From positions 54,419-91,402 of the forward strand of contig BLSG01000247.1 of assembly GCA_012862495.1 (NCBI GenBank): a DNA stretch of 36,984 bases, in the 5' to 3' direction. Position numbers and translations under genes: made by a program. This document shows positions 20,534-31,519 of this stretch, in pieces; position 1 is the first letter of the stretch, and each line of letters starts with the position of its first letter. The notes under the pieces were generated by a model that was not told the DNA's origin, did not search any database, and worked only from the letters and a program-made list of their open reading frames with translations. This stretch comes from Thraustochytrium aureum (lineage: Eukaryota).

Positions 20534-21697
20534 ATGGCGGGGAATGGCAGACAGAGGATACTGCACCTGACGTTTAATCAGGACAGCAGCTGCGTCCTCG
20601 GGGGGATGGAAGGCGGGTTTTTCACGTTCAACACGGAGCCTTTCGGTGAGGCGACGCGACGAAACTTTGAGAACGGGGTCGGGGTCGTCGAGCTGCTGTA
20701 CCGAAGCAACATCCTCGCGCTCGTGGGCGGGGGAAGCTGTCCCCAGTGGCCAGCCAACAAGGTAATGCTCTGGGACGACACGAAGCGCAAGTGCGTCGGC
20801 GAGCTGAGCTTTCACCTCCCCGTCAAAGGCGTGCGCATGCGCAAGGACATCATCGTCGCCGTGCTGGAGAAGCGCATTTTCGTGTACAACTTTGTTGACC
20901 TCGAGATGAAGCACAGCTTCGAGACAAACAACCCAAGCGGGCTCTGCGCAGTGAGCCTGGAGCAGCGCGGACGCGTGCTGGCGTTCCCGCACGCCACGCT
21001 CAAGGGCCACCTACAGATCGAACACCTAGGCCAGGTCGACGTGGACCGCTCCGTGACCGTCCCCGCTCACGAGTCGGACATCAGCGCAATCGCAGTAAAC
21101 CGCGAGGGCTCGCTCGTCGCGTCCGCCTCGTCGCGAGGGACCCTGATCAGAATCTTTAACGCCGCGTCGGGCCAGCTCTGCTACGAGCTGCGGCGCGGAG
21201 CGGACCGCGCCGTGATCTACTCGCTGTGCTTCAACGCCACCTCGACCCTGCTGGCCTGCACGAGCGACAAGTGCACGGTGCACATCTTCACTGTGCTCGA
21301 CAGCGAGGAGGACGACATTGTCGGGCATCGGGCCCCGTTCGCGTCGGACGGCGCCGCCGCGGCGGAGGAGGCCGAAAGCGAGCCCGGCGCGCAAGCAGCA
21401 CTGGAGCCCGCTGGCGCGAGCTTGCTCGCCCCGCGAGGCCTGCTGGATATCGCCGGGCAAGCGCAGGGCCTGCTCAAGGACAAGCTTGGCAACTACCTTC
21501 CCAAGTACTTTACCGCGGAAACGAAGCGGAGCGTGGTCCGGTTCCCTGTGCCGGACATGTACACCATCTGCGCGTTCGGGTCCAAGCCGAATACCATCCT
21601 GGTCGCTGGGATGGACGGGAGCTTTTCACAGGTTGCCTTTGATGTGGAGACCGGGGCGCACGAGCGAACGTCATTTGGGTCGGTCTTTGACGCTTAG
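20534..21697 (+). CDS. PROPPIN WD40 phosphoinositide-binding protein, WIPI3/WIPI4 (WDR45B/Hsv2/ATG18)-like
   Basis: Intact ORF from ATG 20534. LTFNQDSSC, VELLYRSNILALVGGG, NKVMLWDD, AHESDISAIAVN, SASSRGTLIRIF, ELRRGADRA (LRRG phosphoinositide motif), TSDKCTVHIF, YLPKYF. Confidence 0.93.
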   Translation: MAGNGRQRILHLTFNQDSSCVLGGMEGGFFTFNTEPFGEATRRNFENGVGVVELLYRSNILALVGGGSCPQWPANKVMLWDDTKRKCVGELSFHLPVKGVRMRKDIIVAVLEKRIFVYNFVDLEMKHSFETNNPSGLCAVSLEQRGRVLAFPHATLKGHLQIEHLGQVDVDRSVTVPAHESDISAIAVNREGSLVASASSRGTLIRIFNAASGQLCYELRRGADRAVIYSLCFNATSTLLACTSDKCTVHIFTVLDSEEDDIVGHRAPFASDGAAAAEEAESEPGAQAALEPAGASLLAPRGLLDIAGQAQGLLKDKLGNYLPKYFTAETKRSVVRFPVPDMYTICAFGSKPNTILVAGMDGSFSQVAFDVETGAHERTSFGSVFDA

Positions 21698-21858
21698 CTT
21701 GCGCTCCTCGGGCCTTTGTAAGTATCAGAAACGTTCTTCACGTGTTCACTTCCTCTCGTCCCCAGGAAATGGGTCTCTCTCGAGAGCTCTCTAGCTAGAG
21801 CTAGCTCTTGTACAGTAGAGAGAGCTCGAGATAGAGCCCTGCGCCAGGCGGTCCAGGC

Positions 21859-22898
21859 TCATGTCAGGTCGCACATCGCCGGGCACGGGCAGCCAGGGCA
21901 CGCCGCGTTCGGGCGCACGTGCCTGAACGTGAGCGAGACGCGCGTACTCCTCGGCACAATTCCCCGCCCGCTGATTAGGTCGCTCTTCCGCTGCACCACG
22001 CCGTGCGTGAAGGCGTACCTGGCGGCGGCGCCCATCACCACAAGCGATCGCCTCTCTAACAAAACCTCCTCCGCGCGAGAGCGGTCGCCCTGCGGCGCAA
22101 ATCGCATCACACTATCGCTACCAAGGCTCAGGCTCGCGATCCCGTCGAAGAACGCAGAGTGCGTGTCCACGTGCGGCGCTATGCCTTGCCCCGCGAGGTA
22201 TTCGTTCACCGTCACCTGGTTGGCCACCCAGCCCTCGCGGCCCAGAGCACCGCGCACCGCCGTCTCGACGCGACCAGCAACGACGCGCAGCCATTCCGGC
22301 AGCGGCCCCAGTGGCGCTTGCTCATCGCAGCGCCGGGCAATGTAATCAAACTTGTACCCAAAGTGCTGCACGCGCCGCTGCCGCGGCTGCTCACGGTCCA
22401 CGGCTTCTTCCCACGGCGCAGCGGGCCCAAAAACGGCGCCCAGTATTGTCGCTCCTCGTCCTCGTCCACAAACTCGAGGTAGCCGCCCAGACCGCCAACG
22501 CGAGGGTGGGACCCCGACCACGGTTGCGCCTCCAAGAATGTTGCATCAACCTGGCTCGCCTTGACCTGGTCGCGGCTTCGCGCCGACGCGCCTGTGCGCG
22601 CAGGGAACAGGCCAAGCTGCCGCCCGCCGCCGAGCTCTGCCTTGCCGTGCAGGGCACAGCGAGCGAGCGCGGCAGCTTGGGCGTCCAAGAACACCACGCG
22701 CACCGCCGCCGGACCGGCCTGCTCGAGCCGAGCAACGCGAGCAGCGTCGTCGCGAAGGCCGAGCCCGTCCATCGCAGCGCGCACGTCGCCCGGCGTCAGG
22801 GCGCTATGCGCGTGGCTGCCGTTGAGCGCCTGGCGTGGTCTGCCATCGCCCAGCGCTGGAGCGAGCACGCGGCACACCATCGCGACGCCCTCGTCCAT
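21859..22898 (-). CDS. ALKBH8-like 2-oxoglutarate/Fe(II) dioxygenase (degenerate RRM + AlkB + Cys motif, no methyltransferase domain); frameshift at ~22446
   Basis: GGYLEFVDEDEERQ[+A]ILGAV, RRVQHFGYKFDY, NQVTVNEYLAGQGIAPHVDTHSAF (HxD), FTHGV, RVSLTFR, CPGCPCPAMCD. The N-terminal part has an RRM-like VRVVFLDAQAAALARCALHG. Confidence 0.88.
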
Positions 22899-23283
22899 CG
22901 TGCCNNNNNNNNNNNNNNNNNNNNNNNNNNNNNNNNNNNNNNNNNNNNNNNNNNNNNNNNNNNNNNNNNNNNNNNNNNNNNNNNNNNNNNNNNNNNNNNN
23001 NNNNNNNNNNNNNNNNNNNNNNNNNNNNNNNNNNNNNNNNNNNNNNNNNNNNNNNNNNNNNNNNNNNNNNNNNNNNNNNNNNNNNNNNNNNNNNNNNNNN
23101 NNNNNNNNNNNNNNNNNNNNNNNNNNNNNNNNNNNNNNNNNNNNNNNNNNNNNNNNNNNNNNNNNNNNNNNNNNNNNNNNNNNNNNNNNNNNNNNNNNNN
23201 NNNNNNNNNNNNNNNNNNNNNNNNNNNNNNNNNNNNNNNNNNNNNNNNNNNNNNNNNNNNNNNNNNNNNNNNNNNNNNNNNNN

Positions 23284-25282
23284 CAAGCGCTCGGGGCCAA
23301 CGCAGCGGCGCTGCCGCCGTTTCAGGTGGTCGACGGGTACTGCGTCAGCAGCGAGTTGGTCGCGGCAGAGAGCGCTGTGTGGACTGTTCAACTCGTTCGG
23401 GCGAGCGAGGGAAGCGAGGCTGGCCCGCTCTTGGCCCTGCCGCCACACGTCATCCTAGAGGCCGAGCTTGGCGGCGGCGGCGGCGACGGCCTTGGTCTCG
23501 CCCGCGAGGACTTTGCCCCGCTCGCGCGATGCCAGCACAGCTCCTCGCCGGCGCTCGGGTGGTGCTGGACGCCCAAGCTCGCCAATAAAGTGGTTGTCTG
23601 GCCCATGGCGGACCTTGCCGCAGGCCAGCGCGTGACGCGCGACTGGGCGCCGCCGTTGCTCTGCGAGCCGGCCAGCGTGAGCCGGTCCGCTTGCCTCGTT
23701 GGCCTTGCTCTCACGCGGGCAGAATGGCTCGGGGCTGGCGTCGCCTTTTTTGAAAACCTCTCTGATGCCGCCGCGCACGGCGCCGTGGTAGACGACGCGC
23801 TTGCGCGTTGGCGAGCAGAGCATGCTGGAGCGCAAGGGGGGGCGCAGGAGGCTGGCGCGCCGGGGCGGCTGGATCAACGCAGTGCCGAGCTACCGCCTAT
23901 CCCCCCAGGCGAGTTGAACGCCGTGTTCACCGACATTGACTGCGTGCGAGAGATACTCGGCGCGAGCCAGCGTTTGCGTGCCGAGCCGGATGCGCAGCGC
24001 GCGTCCGTGTGGCATATTTGCCAGAATGTAGACGACTTTGTCGGCTTGCTGAAATCGCAGCCAGGCCTCAGGTTTGTTTCGCAGTTTCCTTTTGAGGGTG
24101 GCATCGTGAGAAAAGACCTCTTGCCGCAAACGGTGCGCCGATACTGCAACGAGAGCGCTGCGTGGGCTTTGGAGACGTTTGTGAGTTGAAATACAGTAAT
24201 TGGGTTTGCGGGCTGTGCATCGGCTGGGCTCGGGCCGATTGTTCTTGCGAGCAGGATGTGCCGATGCGCGAGCGCCTTGCTCATCTGTCGGAGCAATCTT
24301 GCTTGCTTGTTGGGGCTGGCTGTCTGGCGGGCGGGCGGGCGGGCGGCGTCACACGCCACCAGTCTTTGCGCGCGGGGCGTCTCTGAAGGGGGCGCCGTTG
24401 CGCCACCAAACGCGCCTGCGCGGACCCGAAGGTTTGGCGGGGGCGTACTTCTCTATCGCTGGCGGGCGCACTAATCAGAGTTAACGAAACAGGACCTTTC
24501 CTCGGGGACCAGAGCTCGCCGCATTCGCTCGCCTCTACGGAGGCTCAGCGAACGGCGCAGCTTCTCGCTGGGTCGTCAAGCTCGCGCAAGGGGCGCGATC
24601 GGGCGGCATCACGTTTGTGCAGGGCGTCGAAGCAGTGCTTGCGATGTCTGCGAGTCCCGCCAAGGGCACACGAGTGGCCCAGGCCATGTGCGAAAAACCA
24701 AGCTCCTTGGCGGGCGCAAGTTTGACTGTCGTTCGTACGTTGTGGTGCGCTCATTCCAGCCCTTGCGCGCCGCTCTGTACCGGCCCTTTTACGCAAGGGT
24801 CGCCGGCGCAGCGGCGTCGGGGGCCGCTCTCAGCGACCACATGGCGTTGCTTACCGTGGGACGGTATTTGAAAGGCGGATCGAGCCACCGCGTGGTGGCG
24901 CGCTCGGCGCTCGACACAGAGCTCTCCGAGGACCCTGACTGGGTCGCGGATCAAGTGGACGCAGCCGTGCTGGCCATGGCGAGCGAGCTGTTCCGCGGCG
25001 CCGCAAAGATGATCTCGGGCAACCGGCACCGCGCAGGCGCCGACCTGGACTGGAACCGATTCCGCGCACTTTATGGCGTGGACTGGATCCCCGCGCTTTC
25101 CGACGGCGGGCAGGGTCTGGCGATCCAGCCAAAGTTGCTCGAGGTGAACTTTGCGCCAGACCTCGGCGCCTTCGCCGAGCTGGAGGGTCGGCAGACGGCC
25201 GCCGAGGTCCTGGAGACCCCTCTATGCCCCTGACGTGAACTCGCCGTGGCCCTCGTCAGAGTGGCTAGACCTTGGCGAGTGA
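23284..25282 (+). CDS. TTLL12: Tubulin-tyrosine ligase-like protein, TTLL12-like (SET-like + TTL domains); 5' end in gap; intron 24181-24492; frameshifts at ~24504, ~24686, ~25217
   Basis: SET-like HSSSP...VVWPMADLAAGQRVTRDW; VSQFPFEGGIVRKDLL; WALETF|DL across a GTGAGT...AACAG intron; WVVKLAQGARSGGI; RKFDCRSYVVVRSFQPL; RALYGVD; PKLLEVNFAPD. The corrected end reads VLETLYAPDV...GE* (TGA 25280-25282). Confidence 0.85.
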
Positions 25283-25366
25283 AGCGAAGGAACTCGCAAA
25301 GCGCGAGCGAGTCTCGTCGCGCTGCGAGACTCCTCGTCGAAGCGGGTCATCTTTGTCAGAGCCTGG

Positions 25367-26646
25367 CTACTGGAAGAGTTTGGAGCGTTTTTTGTGAGCG
25401 AGTACCTTGCCCTTGAGTCGTTCCATGCGCTTGTTGCCTTCTGAACGGACCCTCTTGCTCTGCTCCGACGCAAGCCGCCGCACGCGCAGCTCGTCCGCCA
25501 ACTCTCGGCCCGTACGAAACGTTCCAACAACTGGCGCTTGCCTGGCCAACATAGCCGGCGGCGCGCTGCGGTCTGGCGCAATGGGCTGCGGCGCCAAAGC
25601 GGGCCGGCCGGGCTTCGCCGCGGGCGAAGGGATGCTGAGCGCCTGGCCTTCCTCCAAGGACGGGCCGAGCCGAAGGGCATAAAAATCGTCCATCTCCGAA
25701 GCCTGGACCCCGTCTGCCGACACAAGAGCGCTTGCGACGCCGAGGTTGGCATAGTCCTGCCTCCCTTGCAATGCCGCAGCAAAACCGTAGCTCTGGCCGC
25801 GGGCCCACTGCCGCCGTGCCTTGGCCGCGAGAGGCGGTGGCGCAGCAAGTCCAGTGCGACGCATGGACAAAAGAGCATACTTTGCCAGATCGAGCGCGTT
25901 GCGCGAGTCCTCAAGCGAGTCGTGCACGCCGCCATGTTTGGCGCGGTCCATGTCGCGCTGAAGCACTCGCTGCGAAAGAAAGTCGAGCGAGTGAAGCCTG
26001 TCGAGCTGCGGCCCTCGCAGGTCGGCCGAAAGACCGCAAACACGTGGCTCGTGTCGATCACAATATCGTGCCGTATCCCAAGCGCAAGGAGGTCGTGGTC
26101 AAGCGCATGGCCGATGAGAAGCGTATCGCCACAACAGAGCGCCGCGAAGCGCTCTTGCGCTTCCGCTTTGGAAACGCCCCTTTTGACGAGCTCGATCTTC
26201 TCAAGGCCCGTGATAGCGGTTCGGCAGTCCTCAATGAACGAGGCCTCGCATGGCAGGACGAGGAGGTCCAACACAGTCTCGCCCTGGACGTCCACGGCAG
26301 AAACGCGGGCGAGGGCCATGTTGTCCGCAACAGTCTCGACCATCTCGCAATCCAGCGCGAGGACAAGTCTGACGCGGTCTTGTACGTCTACGCTACGAGT
26401 CGCGAGCAGCTCTGCACTGTCCACGCAAGCCGCGAGGTCCCGGAGAGCGGGAAGCTTGGCCAACTCGCCAACGTACTTGTCCGCGTACCGTGGGTGCGCC
26501 TTGGTCAGCGCCACCAGCTCTTGGCGGAGCACATCGCTTGGGTCGCTTAACGCGAGGTTGGCCTCGAGGTGGTCGCGGCGCCCGCACAGCGATTGCCAGG
26601 CCTCGACTGCCTGCTGGAGTGTCGTCTGCTTCTCCGTCGCGTCCAT
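25367..26646 (-). CDS. DEDDh 3'-5' exonuclease, REX1/REXO1/SDN-like; frameshift at ~26029-26031
   Basis: ExoI LALDCEMV, LARVSAVD, DCRTAITGL, ExoII LIGHALDHDLLAL, VIDTSHVF, then in the next frame LHSLDFLSQRVL and ExoIII HDSLEDSRNALDL. Basic C-terminal tail. Confidence 0.9.
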
Positions 26647-27187
26647 TCTCCGCCGCGGCCAGGGCGATCGAAAGTGCGGCTAACCGGCCGCCAGAGCACA
26701 GCCCGCGGGCACGGGATCTTGCTCTGCTCCTGGTCGAGCGCGTGCGAGCGGCCGCGCGCTCCTGCGCCAGGGGCCCGGGCACGCGGCACAGCAAGGCGTA
26801 GGTGGAGTACTTTACCAGTAGCGAGTATGGAGAGTACACGTACCACTGGCGACGTCGAGTGACGCGAGGTCAACACGGTGAAAACACGAGCAGGACAGGG
26901 TGTTTTTTTCTCTTTTTCTGCTTCGGGCCTCNNNNNNNNNNNNNNNNNNNNNNNNNNNNNNNNNNNNNNNNNNNNNNNNNNNNNNNNNNNNNNNNNNNNN
27001 NNNNNNNNNNNNNNNNNNNNNNNNNNNNNNNNNNNNNNNNNNNNNNNNNNNNNNNNNNNNNNNNNNNNNNNNNNNNNNNNNNNNNNNNNNNNNNNNNNNN
27101 NNNNNNNNNNNNNNNNNNNNNNNNNNNNNNNNNNNNNNNNNNNNNNNNNNNNNNNNNNNNNNNNNNNNNNNNNNNNNNNNNNNGTTG

Positions 27188-28888
27188 CTAGTAGAGCGAG
27201 AGCACGACGGTGCACCAGTAGTCGCCGTCAAGCAGAGCGAAGCTCGTCAGGTTGTACAACAGCAGCGCGAGCTCGACCGCAGCGAAAGCGATGGCAAGGA
27301 CCATTGCAAACCAAAATGCAACGCGCGTGACGGGGCGGAGCGCAAGGTGCTCCCTGGCCGATCCCTCTGGGGTGGCTCGCCAATCTCGTCGTCACCAACC
27401 CCAACGCTTGGGTCCTCGCGAGTCCCGCCCAGCCGAACATGCCGAGGCTCGCAACACGGGCGCGCGCATCGGAGGCAGAATAGCGGCACGAGCACAAATT
27501 GAACCCAGAGCAATCCCGCGCCGTTCACAAGCCCCACAATGTTGGTGATGTGAGGCACGCAAATGGCCAAGACAAAGGCGACGGTGCAGGGCCCGAAAGT
27601 GACGAGGACCCAAGCGCACGATGCCTGGCAGGTCCACTCTGTTGGGCTTCGGCCTCCAGGGCCACGAAACAAGGCCAGGATTTCGCGGTTGACCACAATG
27701 AGGCAAACGATGAGGTCGCTGCAGGTTGTGACGCAGACAGTGGCATTTACCACGATGCTGGACCAGGTTTCTGGCTTGAGAGCGGCGGAGACGATGGATG
27801 GGACCTGGTTGCCCCACTGCGTTGCGAACGCGAGCCCCACTGCAAGGCTGGAAGCCGTCGAGAACCAGAAACCTGCTGCCACGGCCCATTTGAAGGTCGG
27901 GAGCGGGAGGAAAGGGTTTGAGACCCTGGCATGGTCGAGCAGCTCCACAACGAAGAGATTGGGCGTGTACGAGAGCGCGAGAACGGAGAAAGCCCCCATT
28001 ACGCTCCCAAACGAGTACTGCTCAGCCGGCGTGAGGCAGGGAACGCCGCTGGCGGCCTGCCACGCCAGCGCCGTCCCATTGGGCGCATCCGAGTTGGTGA
28101 GCACGTAGCCGTCAACACGGGTGCAGTTTTCTTCGAGCTCGAACGGCATGCCAACAAACCACGGCGTGGCAGCGCCGAACTGGACGGTTTGGTCGCTGAA
28201 TGCGACAGAGAGCAGCACGCCCATGCTGGCTAGCGTAAGGGTCAGGGAGACCACAAAGAGCCACTCGAAGTGACGCCAGTCGCGCGCCACGAGGACGATA
28301 AGGAAGCAAAACACTATCGCGCAAGCCCCCGCGACAGCGTTGCACTTGAGCCACTCGACCTCCCACAAGAGGTGCTGGAGCGACCCCGTCAGTAGGTTCA
28401 GGTACGTCGGGAGAAGAGCGAGCTCGCAACACAGCTGCAAGCTGCGGAACGCGGTAGCCCCGCAGCTGCCGCCGAGTCTGCCCCCAAGCGCCCCGAACGA
28501 GCGAACGGGGCGCTTGTCTGCGTCCTCCGTAAAACTGAACGAGGTCGATGGCGTGCACTGTCACGAGGCCGGCCAGCCCCTGGATGCCAACCAGAAAAAG
28601 CGGCGCCCCGACGGTGCCCAGCACGCCCACCGCCGAGGGGAACAACAACATGACGAGCGTCACATTCCAGGACCCCACGACAGCGGCAGTCACAAACGGT
28701 TGCAAATGTCCCGCCACCCCGTTCCGCGGGCCCCGCAGCGAGCGCCCCATGCCAATCTCTGCCTGCCCCAGCGCGGCCTCGCGCCCGAGGCCATTCAATG
28801 GCGGCCTAAGCGGCTGTTGCAGCTCGAGCTCGAGCGCGACCACCGCGTCAGCCGAGGCAAGCGCGGCATCCTCGTCCGCCTGGATCAT
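27188..28888 (-). CDS. Amino-acid/auxin permease (AAAP)-like multi-pass transporter; frameshifts at 28531-28534 and ~27369-27372
   Basis: About 11 hydrophobic segments: VMLLFPSAVGVLGTVGAPLFLVG, RSFGALGGRLGG, SFGSVMGAFSVLALSYTPNLFVVEL, FVLAICVPHITNIVGLVNG. Last TM VAFWFAMVLAIAFAAVELALLLYNL is recovered in a shifted frame ending at TAG 27188-27190. Confidence 0.78.
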
Positions 28889-29509
28889 GATGGCTCAAGC
28901 GACCTTGGCGCAGCAGCAGCCGCGGCGGCCCCAGGCCCCCGCACGCGGGCGTTCAACTTGCCAAAGAGCAGCGCGCTGCCCACCTCTCGAGCTCTGCTCA
29001 GGTCGTCCTCGCCCTCGCTTGAGCGCTCGCCTCGGATCTGGCCTTTTTTCTGGGCTCGCTAAATTACTTGCTTATGGTGTCGCGGCCACCGTAGCACAGA
29101 CGGCAAAGAAAGGAAGGAGAAGCAAAGCAAACGCCAAAAAAACCTCGAGGCGGCGCGGTACGCGGNNNNNNNNNNNNNNNNNNNNNNNNNNNNNNNNNNN
29201 NNNNNNNNNNNNNNNNNNNNNNNNNNNNNNNNNNNNNNNNNNNNNNNNNNNNNNNNNNNNNNNNNNNNNNNNNNNNNNNNNNNNNNNNNNNNNNNNNNNN
29301 NNNNNNNNNNNNNNNNNNNNNNNNNNNNNNNNNNNNNNNNNNNNNNNNNNNNNNNNNNNNNNNNNNNNNNNNNNNNNNNNNNNNNNNNNNNNNNNNNNNN
29401 NNNNNNNNNNNNNNNNNNNNNNNNNNNNNNNNNNNNNNNNNNNNNNNNNNNNNNNNNNNNNNNNNNNNNNNNNNNNNNNNNNNNNNNNNNNNNNNNNNNN
29501 NNNNNNNNG

Positions 29510-31270
29510 GTTTCCAGGTTGCCGCCCGAAGAAGCAAATCGCCAGTGGCGCGGCTTGTTGGTTCAAGACGCGAGGCGTCTGGTGCAGCGCGCGTGCGATG
29601 TCGGAGGAAACTTACCCCCAAGCAAGCAATGCCTTGATATCGGGTCTTGCAACTGCTGGTTGTTGAATGACGGCGCACAGTCGGTCAAATGCGGCGAAGC
29701 AGTCACAACCGATGGAGACGCCTGCTCGTGCCGCACAATGGACACATCTATGGCGTCTTTAATGAGGCCGTACGAGAGCAAATGGGAGAAGCTGGTTCTC
29801 GGGCTGACGCTGCTCTGCTGCGTCGTCCTCATCATCTTGACGGTGTACGTGCACGTCAACCGCGAGCGAAAAGTGGTCAGACAGAGCGCGCGAATTTCTC
29901 TTATGGCGATTCTGGGCGGCTACGGGTGTCTGCTGCTCGGGCAGATCGTATGGCCGCTGGAGACGACGCAAGGCCTTTGCTTTGCCAAGCCCTGGTTTCT
30001 CGCTTTGGGGTATGGTTTGATCACCGGAGCGCTGCTTGTAAAGATCTATCGAGCATACTACATGTTTGCCCTGGCGGTGGACCCAATGAAGAGCCTGCGC
30101 AATCTACTCAACTACAACTCGCCAAAGAAGCTCGCCCAGCGCAACCGCAACTTGCGAGTTATCTTTGCCGGAATCATCGCCGTCGAAGTCGTTTTGATTT
30201 TGCTCATGGAGACAATTGAGGCGACGAGACCGTCGCTCCTCGTAGACTGCTGCCCACCAGAGGAGTGCGGGGACCAGTGCGTCCACGGCCGGCTTTTCAC
30301 CAAGTGCAATTTTAACGCCGCGTTCGGGTATGTCGCGTTTGTCGTCAATGTAGTCCCGCTCACCTTTGGCGTGTACTGGGTCTTTCAGATCTTCAACGTG
30401 CTGAATAAGATCGAAGCGAGTTCGCAGGTGAGGTCGAGCGGGGGCTACGGACGTGGTTTCGGGACGGTCGGGGTGATTCAAAATGCGCTGCGCAGCCAGC
30501 TGGTTCTGCTCCGGCCCGTTTTGTGGGTGATCGTTGTCGTCGGCGTGGTGGGCTTTGTGCTGGTAGTAGTTGGATACACCTCTCTTCCGACACAGTCAAC
30601 GGGGGCGCGGCTCGCTTACTATTTGTCCCGCTGCCTTGCCTTTTTGTTCACGATCATGACGACCATGTTTTTGCTGTTCCGCCCCGTGATTGTCAGCATC
30701 AAGCGCGAACGCGCTCAGTCTGTGCGCCTCAAGTCGGCCGCGACGCTCGAGGCCGCAGGGCTGGAGGACGTGCAACGAACTGGGGGGCAAGGCACTGCCA
30801 AGGTTGCCTCGCCCAACGAAAGGCGCAAGCGGCTCATCCTCGAACACAAGGAGCGTGTCGCGAATCGCGTCTCGTCGGATGACCTCGCCACCCTGGTCGA
30901 CGGGGCTAAGGGAGAGTCGGGTCGTTTCGGCCCGCTCTCTGTCGCCTCCTCAAAGTTGCGCGGCGCAGGCAAGGCCGCGGCAGAGGGCTTGAGGCTGTCG
31001 ACGTCGACCCTGACGCGAGCTCCAGCGACTTCAATGGCTGGAATTGAGTGCGACAGCTCACTGAGAGTTCTGGCCGTCCGTGCGGGCGTCGCAACAGACG
31101 GCAACGGGGCTCTCGAGGCAGGTACTGGAGGGTGCAGCGCGACGCCCGTGCTCTTGTCAACGGAGTCCGCAAAGCCAAGAGAGGCCGATCCGAAAGGCCC
31201 ACCTGCGTTGGAGGTAGAAATGCTCGAGGTCAAAGAGGTCAACGAGGAGAGGGCTGTTGCACTATTGTAG
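29510..31270 (+). CDS. Class C GPCR-like 7TM protein (GABA-B/7tm_3-like); 5' end in gap
   Basis: Intact frame with seven hydrophobic segments. RKVVRQSARISLMAILGG, LCFAKPWFLALGYGLITGALLVKIYRAYYMF matches the class C TM2-TM3 pattern (C...W...G(F/Y)...K..R). Cys-rich short ectodomain and low-complexity tail. Confidence 0.8.
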   Translation, partial: VSRLPPEEANRQWRGLLVQDARRLVQRACDVGGNLPPSKQCLDIGSCNCWLLNDGAQSVKCGEAVTTDGDACSCRTMDTSMASLMRPYESKWEKLVLGLTLLCCVVLIILTVYVHVNRERKVVRQSARISLMAILGGYGCLLLGQIVWPLETTQGLCFAKPWFLALGYGLITGALLVKIYRAYYMFALAVDPMKSLRNLLNYNSPKKLAQRNRNLRVIFAGIIAVEVVLILLMETIEATRPSLLVDCCPPEECGDQCVHGRLFTKCNFNAAFGYVAFVVNVVPLTFGVYWVFQIFNVLNKIEASSQVRSSGGYGRGFGTVGVIQNALRSQLVLLRPVLWVIVVVGVVGFVLVVVGYTSLPTQSTGARLAYYLSRCLAFLFTIMTTMFLLFRPVIVSIKRERAQSVRLKSAATLEAAGLEDVQRTGGQGTAKVASPNERRKRLILEHKERVANRVSSDDLATLVDGAKGESGRFGPLSVASSKLRGAGKAAAEGLRLSTSTLTRAPATSMAGIECDSSLRVLAVRAGVATDGNGALEAGTGGCSATPVLLSTESAKPREADPKGPPALEVEMLEVKEVNEERAVALL

Positions 31271-31439
31271 TACCGGCGGTGATTCAAAAGCACCTGTTTA
31301 GTAGCTGTCCAGGTGGTCTGGATGAGCCAAGCCGCGTTTGGCCGGCTCACGCAGCGCCGAGAGTCCCTGCATTGAGCGTTGCTCTCGCTGATGATCAGAC
31401 GGTGTTTTGGAAAACCGTGTATCTGGCATCACAGCGACT

Positions 31440-31519
31440 GGCGAACCAAAGCGAGTGGCGAGGCGAACCAAAGCGAGTGGCGAGGCTAACCAAAGCGACG
31501 GGCAAGGCGAACCAAAGCG
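31440..31519. repeat. 22-bp tandem repeat (GGCGAACCAAAGCGAGTGGCGA) x ~3.6 bracketed by a 9-bp inverted repeat
   Basis: Units at 31440, 31462, 31484 and 31506. CGACTGGCG (31435-31443) and CGCCAGTCG (31518-31526) are reverse complements. Confidence 0.9.

Noticed and set aside
11003..26646. Functional cluster of RNA/tRNA-related genes (MetRS, ALKBH8-like, REX1-like)
   Set aside because: Interspersed with unrelated genes on both strands; consistent with ordinary eukaryotic gene order.
4096..28888. Calling the frameshifted genes pseudogenes
   Set aside because: Catalytic motifs are intact, there are no in-frame nonsense codons after repair, and essential genes are affected, so sequencing error is the better explanation.
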